A stretch of DNA of 63,920 bases, filler included, from Dicyema japonicum (taxonomy: Eukaryota > Animalia > Dicyemida), in the NCBI GenBank assembly GCA_011109175.1. It is 7 parts of 7 records of this genome, joined end to end, with 100 filler letters (N's around TTAATTAATTAA, not from the genome) between each part and the next. Parts side by side here need not be neighbours in the genome. Positions count along the whole stretch, not along the records: positions 7,157 to 13,633 come from RDEW01000150.1; positions 13,734 to 24,738 come from RDEW01000111.1; 5 more parts are not named here. One strand, 5' to 3'. A model generated the notes under the pieces. That model saw only the letters and a list, made by a program, of their open reading frames with translations. It searched no databases and was not told the DNA's origin. Below, piece after piece: positions 10,474 through 24,126 of the stretch. The stretch's first letter is position 1. The number at the start of each line of letters is the position of its first letter. Both the position numbers and the translations under genes were made by a program.

Positions 10474-10987
10474 CAGTGTTTCTTAACCTTTTTTGACCGG
10501 GGACCACTTTAGTCTGTTGAATTGTCCTGGGGACCACACGTAACAAACAATTTAATAAACAAACTAACAAAATTAAAAAATCATAATATTTAGAGTTAGT
10601 TTGAGTACATTTTTTAGTTCAAATGGCAGAGTTTTTGTAGCGAGTGCATATTTATGAATGCCGCAGTGTTTCGTAATTAAATGTGGTGCTACTTCTTTCA
10701 AAATTAAAAAATCATAATATTTAGAGTTAGTTTGAGTACATTTTTTAGCTCAAATGGCAGAGTTTTTGTAGCGAGTGCATATTTATGAATGCCGCAGTGT
10801 TTCGTAATTACATGTGTTGCTACTTCTTTCACCAATGTGACAAAACCAGAACGATGTCCTATCATAGCTGGTTACCCATAATTTTTTTTAGTCATAAAAA
10901 TTAATTGACTTAAAAATATTTCTGGGGACCACCTAAAATTTTCTGGGGACCACCATTGGTCCCCATGGACCACGTTAAGAAACACTG
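10474..10987. mobile_element. Non-autonomous hAT element (MITE-like deletion derivative)
   Basis: 14-bp TIR CAGTGTTTCTTAAC at both ends and perfect 8-bp TSD TTATAGAG (10466-10473, 10988-10995). Internal duplicated transposase scrap KHCGIHKYALATKTLPFELKNVL on minus. Confidence 0.92.
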
Positions 10988-11018
10988 TTATAGAGGATAT
11001 GTCAAAGATTCTTTAGAG

Positions 11019-11229
11019 CAGGGGTTCTCAACCTTTTTTTACTCGTCGACCCCTTGATTTTTTTTTCGACCCCCTTAAAACTTTTTTATATAAAACAGAC
11101 AACTATAAGTAAAATTAGTTAACTAATCATCTAAAATGAATTCATTGTTAATAATCAAACAAAAAAACTCGATGTTAAGTTAGTATCTGAGTATAAATCT
11201 ATAATAAAAAACAATTAAATACCAATGGG
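11019..11229 (+). mobile_element. hAT terminus fragment
   Basis: CAGGGGTTCTCAACC after CTTTAGAG with CGACCCC subterminal motifs; cut at N11230. Confidence 0.6.
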
Positions 11230-11230
11230 N

Positions 11231-12865
11231 CCTAAAACCAGGTTTTTTTTCTCGCGGCACATATTAGTTAGAAATGTTTTTTTAATTAATATATTCAAGA
11301 AACTTAACAAAAAAATTACAAAAAGTAATTATGATAACTAATGAGACACTTGTGCTTGTTTATGTGTACACAAAATTTCCAGACGGGGACGAATTTGCGA
11401 CAAACATACCCGGAGGTCATTTTCAATTGACAACAACCTGTTTCTGTTTTTTGATTTAATGTCGACGAGACAAGAGAAAGCTTGTTCACACTTATATGAT
11501 GTTGAAAACTGAAGCAATATTTTTATTGCTTTTTTAAAAATTGAAAGACAAGAATCTTTAATGGAANTACACAAAATTTCCAGACAGGGACGAATTTGCG
11601 ACAAACATACCCGGAGGTCATCTTCAATTGACAACAACCTGTTTCTGTTTTTTGATTTAATGTCGACGAGACAAGAGAAAGCTTGTTCACACTTATATGA
11701 TGTTGAGAACTGAAGCAATATTTTTATTTCTTTTTTAAAAATTGAAGGATAAAAATCTTTTATGAAAATCCAAAACATATCTGTCGACAATTCATCAAAT
11801 TTCATTTTTAATGTGCGGTCATATCGAAGTTGGCAAAGCTCCTTCTCTTCTGTTAGAGTAAGTTGATAGTCACATGATTCTGAGAATGGATTTCTAATCC
11901 AATCATATATTTCAATATTAAGGGAAGGAAAATAATGATTAATGCTCTTTTCCAATTATTCTAGATGAGATAAAATACAATCACTAATCTCATTATCAAC
12001 TAAAATATTCTTATCTTTGTATGTATAATACCTTGTATGCTTTGCAATAATGGGAACATTTCTATTCTTTAAGTTTAACATGATTCTTTTAAATATTCAG
12101 TTTTTGTTTAGATCCAAGAATTTTATCAGTTGAGGTTAACACATTCTCAAAATTTTTTTGTAAAAACTTATTTAAAGAATTTTTATGTTTAAATATATCC
12201 GTTAAATACGCCAACCTATTAAAATATTATCAAAAAACTATTCAGAATTACCTTAGTAACCATTCTTTATTTTCGAAACATGAAACAAAATAAATTTTAT
12301 TTATGTGTCAAAAATATTGGCACATTTCTTTTTTTAGTTCATATCCTGTGCCTAAAATTTTCCTTCGGCTAATTCATTTGATGTCTGTGTGGAATAATAG
12401 AGTAGTATGTTCTTTATCAAAATCTTGACACAAATTTTTAAATGATCAAAAAAGAAGAGGCCTTTTTTTATTAAAATTGATCATTTTGATAACGTCGGTA
12501 AGAACATTTTTTAGTTCTTCTCCGAGAGTTTTAAAAACCAGTACTTCTCTGTGAATGAAGCAATGTGTTGTGACAATTTCATGATTTTCTTGTTTTGCAA
12601 AAGCGACAAATCCATTGCTAGATCCAACTATTGAGGGAGCACTATCTGTGCAAATTCCAATACAATTTTTCCATGATATATTATTCTGCTCGAAATATGT
12701 GGATACAAGATTGAATATATCTTTTCAATAGTGTGATTCTTGCGGTTTTTAGATATAAGCTCAGAATATAAATAATTTTTAATTTTAAATATTAAAAATT
12801 TCGCGGCACCTAAACCAGATCTCGCGGCACAAAAAGTGCCGCGGCACCCCGGTTGGGAATCGCTG
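11231..12865 (-). mobile_element. Decayed hAT (Charlie/Buster; ZBED8/FAM200-like) transposon
   Basis: ORF 11338-11955 ..ILLQFSTSYKCEQAFSCLVDIKSKNRNRL (hAT dimerisation domain). Upstream CIGICTDSAPSIVG and THCFIHRE with stops and frameshifts. TIR CAGCGATTCCCAACC at 12865 with GCGGCAC subterminal repeats. Confidence 0.88.
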
Positions 12866-13189
12866 CTCTAGACGTTACATATTGATNGAATAAATGCGTA
12901 TTTTTTTTTTATTAGCCAAAGATCCAAACCACCAATTCAAACTCATAACTAGCTATTTTAATTTTTTTAAAAGTTTTTAAAAATTAAATTAAAATATTAT
13001 TACACAAATATAAATAATTTTTAATTTTAAATATTAAAAATCTCGCGGCACCTAAACCAGATCTCGCTTAAAAAAATATGCTCATATATAAATTTCGACT
13101 TTTTATACTCATTTCTATATTCAGACGCTTCAATGATTTAATTATTATTTTTAATTAGTTAATATCATTAAACCAGTTAGGTACTCGGA

Positions 13190-13633
13190 GGAATTGCCAG
13201 GGAGCAAAGGAGCAGGCATTGGTCAACAAGTGCCTCGCGAGAGCCCACGGAAACTCACTAGTGTCGATGTGGGTGGATGTGAAGAAGGCATATGACTCGG
13301 TTGACCATGCCTACCTCGTTGAGTGCCTGCGAAGACTCAAGTTGCCTTCGTGGTTTATCAAATTTGTTGGAACTGTGATGGACAGGTGGAATGTGCATCT
13401 ACACTACAACAAATGCGATATAGGCGGGGTTAAGCTAGAGAGGGGCATATTACAGGGCGACAGCATGTCTCCATTGCTGTTTGTCCTCTGCCTAGAACCG
13501 CTGAGTAGAGTCCTCACTGCCCAATACGAACAAATGTCGATCGAGCATGATGGAGGGTGTTTTAGCACCAACCATCTCATGTTCATAGACGACATTAAAC
13601 TGTTCGCTCGGTCTTCAGAGATCCTCCACTCAA
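13190..13633 (+). mobile_element. RLE-type (R4/NeSL-like) non-LTR RT fragment
   Basis: GAKEQALVNKC..WVDVKKAYDSVDH..RGILQGDSMSPLLFVLCLEPLS..NHLMFIDDIKLF; cut by spacer. Confidence 0.88.
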
Positions 13634-13733
13634 NNNNNNNNNNNNNNNNNNNNNNNNNNNNNNNNNNNNNNNNNNNNTTAATTAATTAANNNNNNNNNNN
13701 NNNNNNNNNNNNNNNNNNNNNNNNNNNNNNNNN
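13634..13733. other. Artificial scaffold spacer
   Basis: N-TTAATTAATTAA(13678-13689)-N, 100 bp. Confidence 0.97.
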
Positions 13734-14442
13734 CTCTTGAAAAGGGAAGAGTATATCGACTGATTATGGTTGCACTTATTACGCATTACTTTGAATTCAA
13801 TGATCAGCCTTCCCCCTGAAATAATAACCACTGCTAGGGAATCTTAGAGAATATGGCTCGCATATAAGTATTTATTATTTTTATATTCAGAGTGAGGACA
13901 TTTCAGATATCAATGTTATTAAACTACAAAGGCAAAAATGAGGATGGTTATTAAAGTACAGGATATTGCTAAAGGTAACTCTGCTCTTTATGAAAACTCA
14001 ATGAGCTTATATCCAAAGGAATTAAGAAGAGAATACAATGAATTTGACTCATAGTTGGTTAATCAAATGTTAGTTTGTGTAATATAAAGCATGTATTCAA
14101 TAAGTAATCACACTGGAAATTAAACCGACACAAATTCCTATCGTTCATATAACTAAAAATCAAGTTATAAATCTTCTGCAGAAGCTTTGCTTACATGTGT
14201 CAAAGTTATCACTTTCCCTTAAATTTCCAGATTTCACAACCATCAGAGTATCTACCTTCAGGTCGGGAAGAGTGATCATTACTCTCTGGATCTGTTACAA
14301 GAAGACTCATAATAATTTCCCATTTTCCGCTAAATATTTTGAAATCTTAGTACCGATAAACATTGAAAGAATTTACAATTGTGATTTTTACGGAGTATTT
14401 ACCGTTTTTTGTCAAAAAAGAATTACAGAATTATCAATACTA

Positions 14443-14600
14443 AATGCGGATCATAGCGTTGTGCAATGAGGACTGATGGCCTCTAGTTCAAATCCCGCTG
14501 CTGTATATTGCGGTTGAAGGTTCCACGTATCTACGATGCTTTGGCTTGACGAGTGACGCCGTAATCAGTGAACATATCACTGCGGAACGGGTCGTCTACA
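14443..14600 (+). mobile_element. Possible tRNA-derived SINE-like element
   Basis: B-box-like AGTTCAAATCC, weak A-box-like TAGCGTTGTGC and a GAGG/CCTC stem, in a GC-elevated island. Does not fold into a full cloverleaf. Confidence 0.25.
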
Positions 14601-17600
14601 AAGGACATACACATAACAAAAAGAAAAAGAGGTGAGAGCATTTTTTGGTTTTCCTTGTACGATTAGTTATCATAACTGTTCTTTCCTTAAATGGCTCTGT
14701 TTTAATGTGCTGTTAAAAATGCTGATCATCCATTATGGTACAGGAAACCTAATATTTATACGGAAAACCTTGTAATTCTCAAAAATAACAAATATGATAG
14801 CATCATTACCTAATCTTAAACTGACCTTCTATCAAACTACGGCTGAAAATTGTCCTGTATCGAAATGACTAAACACCATAGCTAAAAAAACATTTTTTGA
14901 CTTGAAAATGTTAGTCGTTATAAATTTGTTGACGAATCAGCGACAAGAAGTCTAACAGGTAGATTAAAACCAATGTCAGAAAAGACAATAACGCACTGGT
15001 AAAGACTCAAATCAACTCTAAGCAAATGAAACGTGACTTCAAAAGCGTAAAAAACAGGAAATGAGCTCAACTATTAGCAAAACAACTTTAGTGATCGAAG
15101 GAGTCTGAATCAATTAAGAAATCATCCATGCACGTGTATAACTATAACATATGATTCTATGTTGGTAATAGCAACTTTAGCTTGTTCTAAAATAGTAACA
15201 AAATTAACATTTTAAATACTTTGATGTGTCATTGGCCTACTAAATAGTAATAAAGCAGCCGTGTATGATTATTGAGAAAGAACAATAAAATCACAATATG
15301 GCTGAGTTACATTCATTAACAGTGGATAGTCACTAAGAGATTTATAAATAATTCACTTCGAAAGTAGTAAACTCTCAAATTGTCAAAGCACATTCAGTAC
15401 AGGTGGTGGTTAAATTTATTACCTTAAATATGATGCTAATCATAACAGTGTCAATTTTATTAAAAATTAGTGACCTTAACCTAACAACGGTTAAACGACA
15501 AATTAAAGAAGTAAGACAACTAAAGAAATAGAAGACAAATAAAGAAAACGATTATTGAATATAAGAAAAAAGCAGTTATCTTGCATCAAAGAACAGCTAG
15601 AGGTAAGATAATAAAGTTACTTCTCGGAGTCTTCGTTTTTTTATAATATTCGGAACCACACTCTCGATCTCACCAAGGATGTTAACTTGTAGTATCATTT
15701 AGGCCCAGAAACTCGTAAGAAAGTGTTAAAAGCTCAAGTACATGAGATTTTAAGCTTTGGTGAATTTATGATTTTTTAAAGATTTAAGATTTTCCTCTCC
15801 TCAAAACAAACAATTAGAGTCCCACGTGAATTCAACTGAGTAACACAAGTTAAGCATTGAGGTAAATAAAAAATTGATAAATAATTTATTTTTCAAGGGA
15901 AAATTCTTTAGAAATAATTTAGATTGAAAACGAACAAGAAGAATTATCAAACTGTGAAAAAAATGAGAAAAAAAATTTACTTAAATAGGTCATTTTTTCC
16001 ATTTGACCTATTAAACTTTTCATTAAAACTAATTATCACGTATCTCGTTGGCTATTGTTAGGGGAAATAGCATGGCCATTCAGATGCCTTAATTTAATTT
16101 TTATTCATTTTATAATAAAATTTCTTCTTTCTATTATCAATTAATTTTTTATTAATTTATTGTTAAATTTTAAAATAATTTTCATCTCACTTCATTCATC
16201 ATTGACGTGGATTAAGGAGCCAGCAATTTCTATGGAATTGTATTCCCTAATTATGACCTATAAATCCATAACGGTTTTCCGTATATCAAGTAATCAACTT
16301 CAGTTTTTAAAAAATTATTAATTTAGAAGTAATTAAGATGAAAGTAAAAAATTATCAATAATATAAATATTAAAAATTTAATTAATTTTAATGTTTTTAG
16401 GTGGTTAACCAATTTAACAATAATACATCAGCTATTGATATATATCTTTAGTGGAGTATTCTGTCGTATTTTTGTTATTGAATTTAATCTGGCTGTTATC
16501 AAAATGGTCGACGCTTAATTATTTTGGTAACTTCTAATCAAGCTGTGTTCCTTCAATAACGAGAATTCTACGATTTAATATATTCACATACGAGGTACTG
16601 TCTTCATTTTCCAAATTCTTATACAACAATCCAATATTTTTATTATTCCCTTAAACACCATATTGCGGACATCACTGTTATAGTAGAATGTTGATTGTTA
16701 TTCCTTATATCAACAGAACACCTTTAATCAGGTCTAATATTGCTACAGATAATTCTATTGACTTTAATTAATTATATGAATGCAACTCACATCAGAAAAA
16801 TTTGTGATTGCCCCTAAATGCTTGCGATTTCAAGTAAAATATTTGGAGAATATGATTATTATTTGATTTGTTTATCAAGAATGTTAACGATAAAAATTTC
16901 CAATCACAAACCTATCATCAGATCCTCTAGGAGATCGACGGGAGAAGACCATCATCTTTTGAAATTAAAATGCAGCCAATTCATATTCAATGTTTGAGTC
17001 ATCGTATGTAATCCATCCAAGCAGTATGATTGTTACTTCCAATGGACGAGATACGTACAAAGATGCTAATTTACGTGCCTGAGAACTTAAATTGGAGTTA
17101 GTTGTTGACTTGTTATAATCGAATTTTTAAATAATATTAATTATATTTTAACGAAACAACGAGTCACAAGTAATTAATTAATTAGCTAATCTCCTCTTCT
17201 TGGGGCCAACGTCAATTGTCAGTATAGATGTGTTTTCGTTGTCGCACAACCCACATTTCGAATTTTTAAATAATATTAATTTTTTTTAATAATATTAATT
17301 TATTAAATTACTGGTAGTTCTAATGCTCTCAGAAATAACTAGATGTCTTCAACGTTGATTTAACCTCTTGCGTCCTTTCTTAGAATTGAGGAACATCCGA
17401 TGAACCAATGTTGGTGTCCAATTCCCATCTGGGGAAAATTCGATAGGTTTGTTTTTATGGGAAATTACATCCCTGTGTTAATTAAATTATTCAAAAACCA
17501 AAGGTAGAGCCAAACCAATTCCTTGATCCTGACGGATTTAGCAGAGACCTCATCCAAGCACGGTGATCCTGTGGATGTTGTCCTGGAAAGCGAGGTTGAT

Positions 17601-18180
17601 TCCAGAACTAGTCTCAGGAAGCGATTGTCTCCAGGTTGATTGTAAAGATGAATCCCTTTAAAAACCGACCAGCATCCTTAGTAATGTGAATCAAACGACG
17701 CCACTAGAGAGAAGGAAGAGAAATCTCAAATCAAGTAGCCATATGGTAACACGTGGATACAACGTGAAATTCTTAACATAATTTTAAATATGTTAAATTA
17801 AGAATTAATTAAAATAATATTTTATTATCTTGGATAATTATATTAATTATAAGTTAATATAATTGTTGAATGTCGTTCATATATTTTATTGAATAAGAGA
17901 CAATTTCGATACCATTGATATTCTATCGTAGAATTTTAAGGATATACTACATCTACAATCCTAAACAGTTGATATGATCTCAGGTCGACTAGACATTTTA
18001 AATTGAAACCGTATATTTGTCGAACTTTTTTTCAGCAGTGATTCTCAAATTCTTAGTATTACCTTTTGTAAGTTAATTGCACTAGAACATTCGATATATG
18101 TGTATCAATGACACTCTTTTAAGGATGCTTTGAGCAAAGTTGCTTGAATTTAATTTGTATCCACAACCAAGTATCTAAAT

Positions 18181-20048
18181 ACCCTTTTTCAAATTTAGCT
18201 ACAATGTCTCTCTTATACTCATCTAATAAAGAATAACGTGGAGTTTAATTTATTATCTCCAATTCTCATTCTTCTTGCCAATCCCCACAGTCTTCAAATG
18301 CTCATGAAAGTAATATACACCATATTATGTCCACTGATAACTTGTAAAGTCTAATAGAAAATTATATTGATATCTGTAGATTGAAGACAGTAGTCTAAGA
18401 GACACTACCTAAATTATAATTGAAGACGAACCATAAATCACAAAGGATTCAAACCTTAAATGTTCGACATTCAAAGATACACACGAGAATATAGACACGT
18501 GTAGTTGTACATATCGATGGCTCAGATAATAAGACATGTTAAAGTTTATACTGTAAGACTCCATTGTAACAGATCCTCATCTAAGATCAGAGCAAATGGG
18601 AAAAATAAGGTTCGAAAAGAAGGGAGTAAAGTTAATATGCAGTAAACTAATTCAACTCCACTTAGGACTGAAACTACCAATTCGAATGAAAAGAGCGTTA
18701 CATTAGAGATTATCCAACGAAAAAAACAAGTCTCTACGGTACACTTGAATATGTATTGTCACATTCTAAGAATAGACAGAAGCGCATCTTCAAACGTCAC
18801 AAATAAAGACTACATCACATCATCGAAGACGTATTCAATGGTCGATAGAGATCTGAGGATGGAAAGCAACCATTTACTAACTGCGAAGACTTTAATGATT
18901 TGAAAAGTCTAGAGTCGAAGATGTAACGATTCGTAAACATAATCATCCTCTGGCAGGTATTGAATTATAGCTTATATGGGTTTACTCTATGTAACAATCA
19001 AAAATCATTGCTAAACTAAAATATTGATTATATGATGTTTACAATCATAAACTCAACAAAACCAGAATTTTAAATTAAAGGAAAGATCAGTAATTAATTA
19101 AAGCAACCGGTANCCCTTTTTCAAATTTAGCTACAATGTCTCCCTTATACTCATCTAATAAAGAATAACGTGGAGTTTAATTTATTATCTCCAATTCTCA
19201 TTCTTCTTGCCAATCCCCACAGTCTTCAAATGCTCATGAAAGTAATATACACCATATTACGTCCACTGATAACTTGTAAAGTCTAATAGAAAATTATATT
19301 GATATCTGTAGATTGAAGACAGTAGTCTAAGAGACACTACCTAAATCATAATAAAAGACGAACCATAAATCACAAAGAATTCAAACTTTGAATGTTCGAC
19401 ATTTAACGATACACACAAGAAAATAGACACGTGTAGTTGCGCAAATTGATAGCTCAGATAATAAGACATGTTAAGCCTCACACTGTGAGACTCAATTGTG
19501 AAACAGATCCTCATCTATGATCACAGCATATGGGAAAAATAAGGTTAGAAAAGAAGGGGGTAGAGTTAATATGCAGTAAACTAATTCAACTTCTCTTAGG
19601 ACTTAAACTACCAATTCGAATGAAAAGAGCGTTACAGTAGAGATGCTCCAACGAAAAAAATAAGTTTCTGAGGTACACTTGAATATGTATTGTCACATTT
19701 TAAAAATAGACAGAAGCGCATCTTTAAACGTCACAAATAAAGACTCCATCACATCATCTGAATATGGATTCAGTGGGTAGATAGAGATCTGAGGATGGAA
19801 AGCAACCATTAAGTAACTCCAAAGACCATAATGATCTGAAGAGTCTAGAGTCGAAGATGTAGCGATTCGTAAACATAATCATCTACCGGCAGGTATTAAA
19901 TTATAGCCAATATGGGTTTACTCTATGTAACAGTCAAAAATCATTGCTAAACTAAAATATTGATTATATGATCTTTACAATCATAAACTCAACAAAACCA
20001 GAATTTTAAATTAAAGGAAAGATCAGTAATTAATTAAAGCAACCGGTA
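18181..20048. repeat. Tandem duplication of about 910-950 bp across N19093
   Basis: ACCCTTTTTCAAATTTAGC..AAAGCAACCGGTA occurs twice with many scattered substitutions. No recognisable ORF. Confidence 0.85.
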
Positions 20049-20308
20049 AATGACTCATTTATTTATTTATTTAACACCCAAGACCACGGTAAAACCATCT
20101 ATCGATTATACAATCAATAACCATCAGTTTCACAAAGAAAAGAATGATTCATAAAACATTTTTGATCATACGCAATTTCTACAAGGTTATTAATTATATT
20201 TCACTTTAATAATTTATATCTTGTTTCTCTTATTTTTTTCTTTTTAACGAACATTAGAAGATATTTAGTGGACATATTTCAGATGTTTCAGGAAATTATT
20301 CTATAAAG

Positions 20309-20345
20309 CAGCGGTTCTCAACCTGGGGTCGATTCGACCCCCAAT
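20309..20345 (+). mobile_element. Solo hAT terminus
   Basis: CAGCGGTTCTCAACCTGGGGTCG..CGACCCC after CTATAAAG; no partner end found. Confidence 0.5.
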
Positions 20346-20499
20346 AAAGTATTTTAGTGAATAATTTTAGATACGAGTTATAAAGGATTAAGGGAGTAAT
20401 CTATCACTAAAGTTGAGCAGATTTGAATCTCCATGTGAAGAACTAAGTGAAATTACTCAATTTTGTCAAACAACCGAATAGAGGTTTATTTAATTTTGT

Positions 20500-21755
20500 T
20501 ATCACAGATTAGGCATTTTCATGCGAATGAAAATAGTAAAGATGAGTCGAGTCAAAGTCGACAGCAGACGTTGTATGGAGCCACAGGTGGATGTGTGCAA
20601 TTTCCAGAAACACAATGAAGAAATATCAACCCTTGAAATTGACTTATCTGACGTTATCAACTGTAAAAAGCTAATGCACATACTAGAAAGATGCAAGACG
20701 AGGATGCATCACGTATGATCAGATTTTTACTCTCCAACACATCGCTTTCAGGGCGCATGAAATTACAATTCAACAAGATTTAAAACCTACACCGGTGCAC
20801 CACACGGAGACTCGTCATCCCGGTTACTATTCATAATATACCTAGAGGCAGCTCTAAGATCTCTCCGGAAAAGAACTGTTTCACTAACGTGACTGAAATA
20901 ATCTACGCCGATGATATTGATTTCGTCTGCCAGGATAGGGATACGCTGGAAACTATACTAAAAGTGATCTCTCAAAGCTTGAAGGACTGGTCCTTGATAG
21001 TAAACCCAGACAAAGCGAAAAAAACTAGCATATCCTATTGTAAGACGAGAAACGAGGAAAAGTGGAGAACAGATGATATTCACAGGAAATTTTTGGCTAT
21101 TGCTTCTGTCAAAAAATTGTGGGTGATCCGGATGCGACGAAAGTGCATAGGCACTTGCGTTCGAATTCGGTTGTACAACTATTTTATCGAACCAAATCTA
21201 CTTTTTTGTTACATTTATAATAACTGTTATTTGTGAATTTTTCGGGCAAATCAACAAATCTATCAGGATCTAAATTAATAAACAAATTTCTTTACATTTA
21301 TGCTTATTTGCAAACAATTCCAAATGAAAAGTTAATAACGCTCTGTAGCAACTGATTTGGTAGTAAATGTTAAAGTTAAGCCTTTTTTCTTCTATGAAAA
21401 CATAAAAGGCCCTTGTTCAATTTTTGTAAAATCAAATTTTGCATCATTTAAACATTTACGTAAAATCTTTGTTAAAATATAAAGTGAGTACAGTATTATT
21501 AGCCAGATGACGCCTGCTAAAATAGCAATGGATAACTATTTCTGCCCAGAAGTGAATACCTCGTTCCGTGGAAGACCTCGCATAACTTTACCAGAGGTTC
21601 TACACAAGGAACTGACCAATGTTGGACGAAAGCTGAAAACTGGAGATGATCTGGATACGCTCGGAATAACTGCCTGTAACCGCGGAGCATGGAGGAAGTT
21701 GGTCAAGAAAATTGTGGGAAAAAAAATAATAACCTGAAGAAAAATACGGCACAAG
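20500..21755 (+). mobile_element. Decayed, internally deleted RTE-like LINE
   Basis: RMIRFLLSNT..IIYLEAALRSL..EIIYADDIDFV..LIVNPDKAK..RIRLYNYFIEP. 3' part FRGRPRITLP..NRGAWRKLVKKI at 21507-21737. Confidence 0.78.
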
Positions 21756-22399
21756 CGGAACCTTAATTAAATAAATTACATTTTTGGTTATTCGGAAGTG
21801 CTATTAATAATTAACAGTATTATTAATGTTGTATGTAACATCGATTCTTCCTTTAAATAATACTATAACGCTAGAATTCTCTCTAATAACCCACTTGGCA
21901 CTACATTATCCAATATTACTTAATTTATAATTTCACTCATTATTGATTTAAAAATGATTATACATGAATATACTGGTAGTATTATTTATTATTATATACC
22001 TATTAATTGTAGCATTCACACAACGTTATTGTTACAATTAATCAAAATTTTTATTAAAATAAAATCAAATAAATTTAATAAAATATAAGTTAATTATAAA
22101 CAGAAATTTAGGGATGATTTCACTTAATCTACTATTATAAAGATTTTGCATTTTTATTATAATTTAGAACGATTTTACTTTATAAATTACGTACTTTTGT
22201 ATTTTGTAGTCAGTACAGTAAAAGATCCTTTTTTAATTTTCAACATCATCTCTCGCGTATTTAGAGTAACTTACATAAATTACCATTGAGTCTCACAACC
22301 TGAGAATAAGGACAAATTTTATAGGATTTGTAGAGATTTAAGCATTTTATTGTCTTAAAATGATTCTTTTTATTATAATACTCAGCAATTTCCTACTAC

Positions 22400-23000
22400 T
22401 TGGGGTTTCTGATGGACAAGTAATTCAGCTCTAAACTGTTCAAATCTACTAATAACAATCTAAATGACCATCAAGCAGACCAGGAATCGAGTAATTAAAA
22501 ACGGGATTGATGATATCCCCGTAATATATTCAGAATTAGTTCCTTTACTCTAAGAAACTAAAGGATCATATTATAATTCAAATGAAGCGCATTGTTTAGT
22601 GCATCAGGTAAACCCTGCTAAATTAACATATAAAAACAATCAACGAAGCTCGACATTGATGATGTGAACTGTTTATCTGTTATCTTTATTAAGGTCTAAA
22701 TTTTACAAGTCCTCGTAGTCCCGCTCTCCCACAAATCTGAACGTATTCCCCAGATGTAATTGATCGTATATGCTTCCGATCGGATCTTTTCAAACTAGAA
22801 AACAACAATCGGATCAGGCATGTCCACTACAGCAAAAGTATATTTTTAGCAAACAGAACCTTTATCGCTACAAACGGATACATTCTTAAATCCCTCTCCT
22901 AAACGGATTTCCAAAAAATGTCAACTAGTTTGGTGTTCCCAGTTCCCGCAAGCAAATGTTCCATCCAATGCATGCGCGTCTCCATTATTCCCACTGCCAA
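22400..23000 (-). pseudogene. Mtr4/Ski2-family DExH RNA helicase remnant (motifs V-VI and downstream)
   Basis: IKVLFA..TFAVVDMPDPIVVF..RSITSGEYVQICGRAGLRGL, a 23-nt intron at 22684-22706, then DALNNALHLNYNMIL*FLRVKE (cf. Mtr4 FHLTYNMVLNLLRVEE). In-frame TAG at 22558-22560 and frameshifts. Confidence 0.65.
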
Positions 23001-24126
23001 ACGGAAGAGTCTTCATTGATCATTGCAGAAAAATCGATTGGGGACGGAAATTTACATGCCAACAGATTTTCTTATGTTTATGGAAGTGTAATATCCAGGC
23101 GACGAGGAATCACGGTCCTTGTGCGATTGTCTGACGATATATAATTCCGATTGCTTCATTTATATTTACTGGAGTCTTCTAGATAAGAGCCCGTTTGACA
23201 ATTATCTTCTGCAGTCCTTTGATGAGGATTTGTTTGGCATTGTAGGTAAAAGTAGATGTTGCGCATGACCGAGGAAGGTAATATCACGCAGTTAGTTTGA
23301 TAGTTTTTAACGCCGCAGGGGAAATACTATAACTATCATGGTTTACGTATGTTTCTACATTAATAAGGCGGTGGTAAAGAAAATTCGAAACTACGGATCC
23401 CTCAGCGATAACTATCATTAGATTCTATAGGCGATGGCAGATTCCCTGGGTATTGAGAGTAAACACGGACACATTTCTCTCAAGTATCGGATGAACTTAT
23501 CCAAAACCTGAAAAAATTAATTGGAGGCCATTTTGAAAGAGGCCATTTTGAATGGACACGGATCCTACGATCAGTTTTAAAAAGGGACGAAACATGACAG
23601 AATCCTAATTTTACTTTAACATAATTATTGTTTGCGTACAGAATTCCAAAATAATTAAAAATTTATATAAATATTATATAAAAACTTTAATTTAATTAAC
23701 AAGAATAATAAAATACCGTCACTATTTTTGAGTTTGTGATGGACAATCTAGCTTGCTCATCGTTAGTAATTTTTTTGGACAATTTAGCTTGCTCATCGTT
23801 AGTAATAACTATTTTTAGAAAAAAACTAGACAACACAATAATAATTCAAAAGAGGATGAGTTTTTATCGCGATATAACGACCCAAAGCACGAGACGGATT
23901 TTATGTCTCACACTGTGAATTTTACAGAAAGTCTCCATTCAACGGTAGTATCGGAGAAAAAGGATAAAACTATCTTAAACTACGAATTAATTGATATTAT
24001 TTCCGACGTTAATTTCTTTTATCTAAAAAGATCGATCGTAGGGAATTCTAGACAGGTCAAAAGATAGTGTGAGCATGGTTGACTATTGTCATGTTGGAGA
24101 TTTGAGTTCATTTATGGATTTTAATA

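Noticed and set aside
23960-24120. Kinase remnant (NYELIDII.., MVDYCHVGDLS)
   Set aside because: Two short motifs in different frames and no HRD or DFG; insufficient support.
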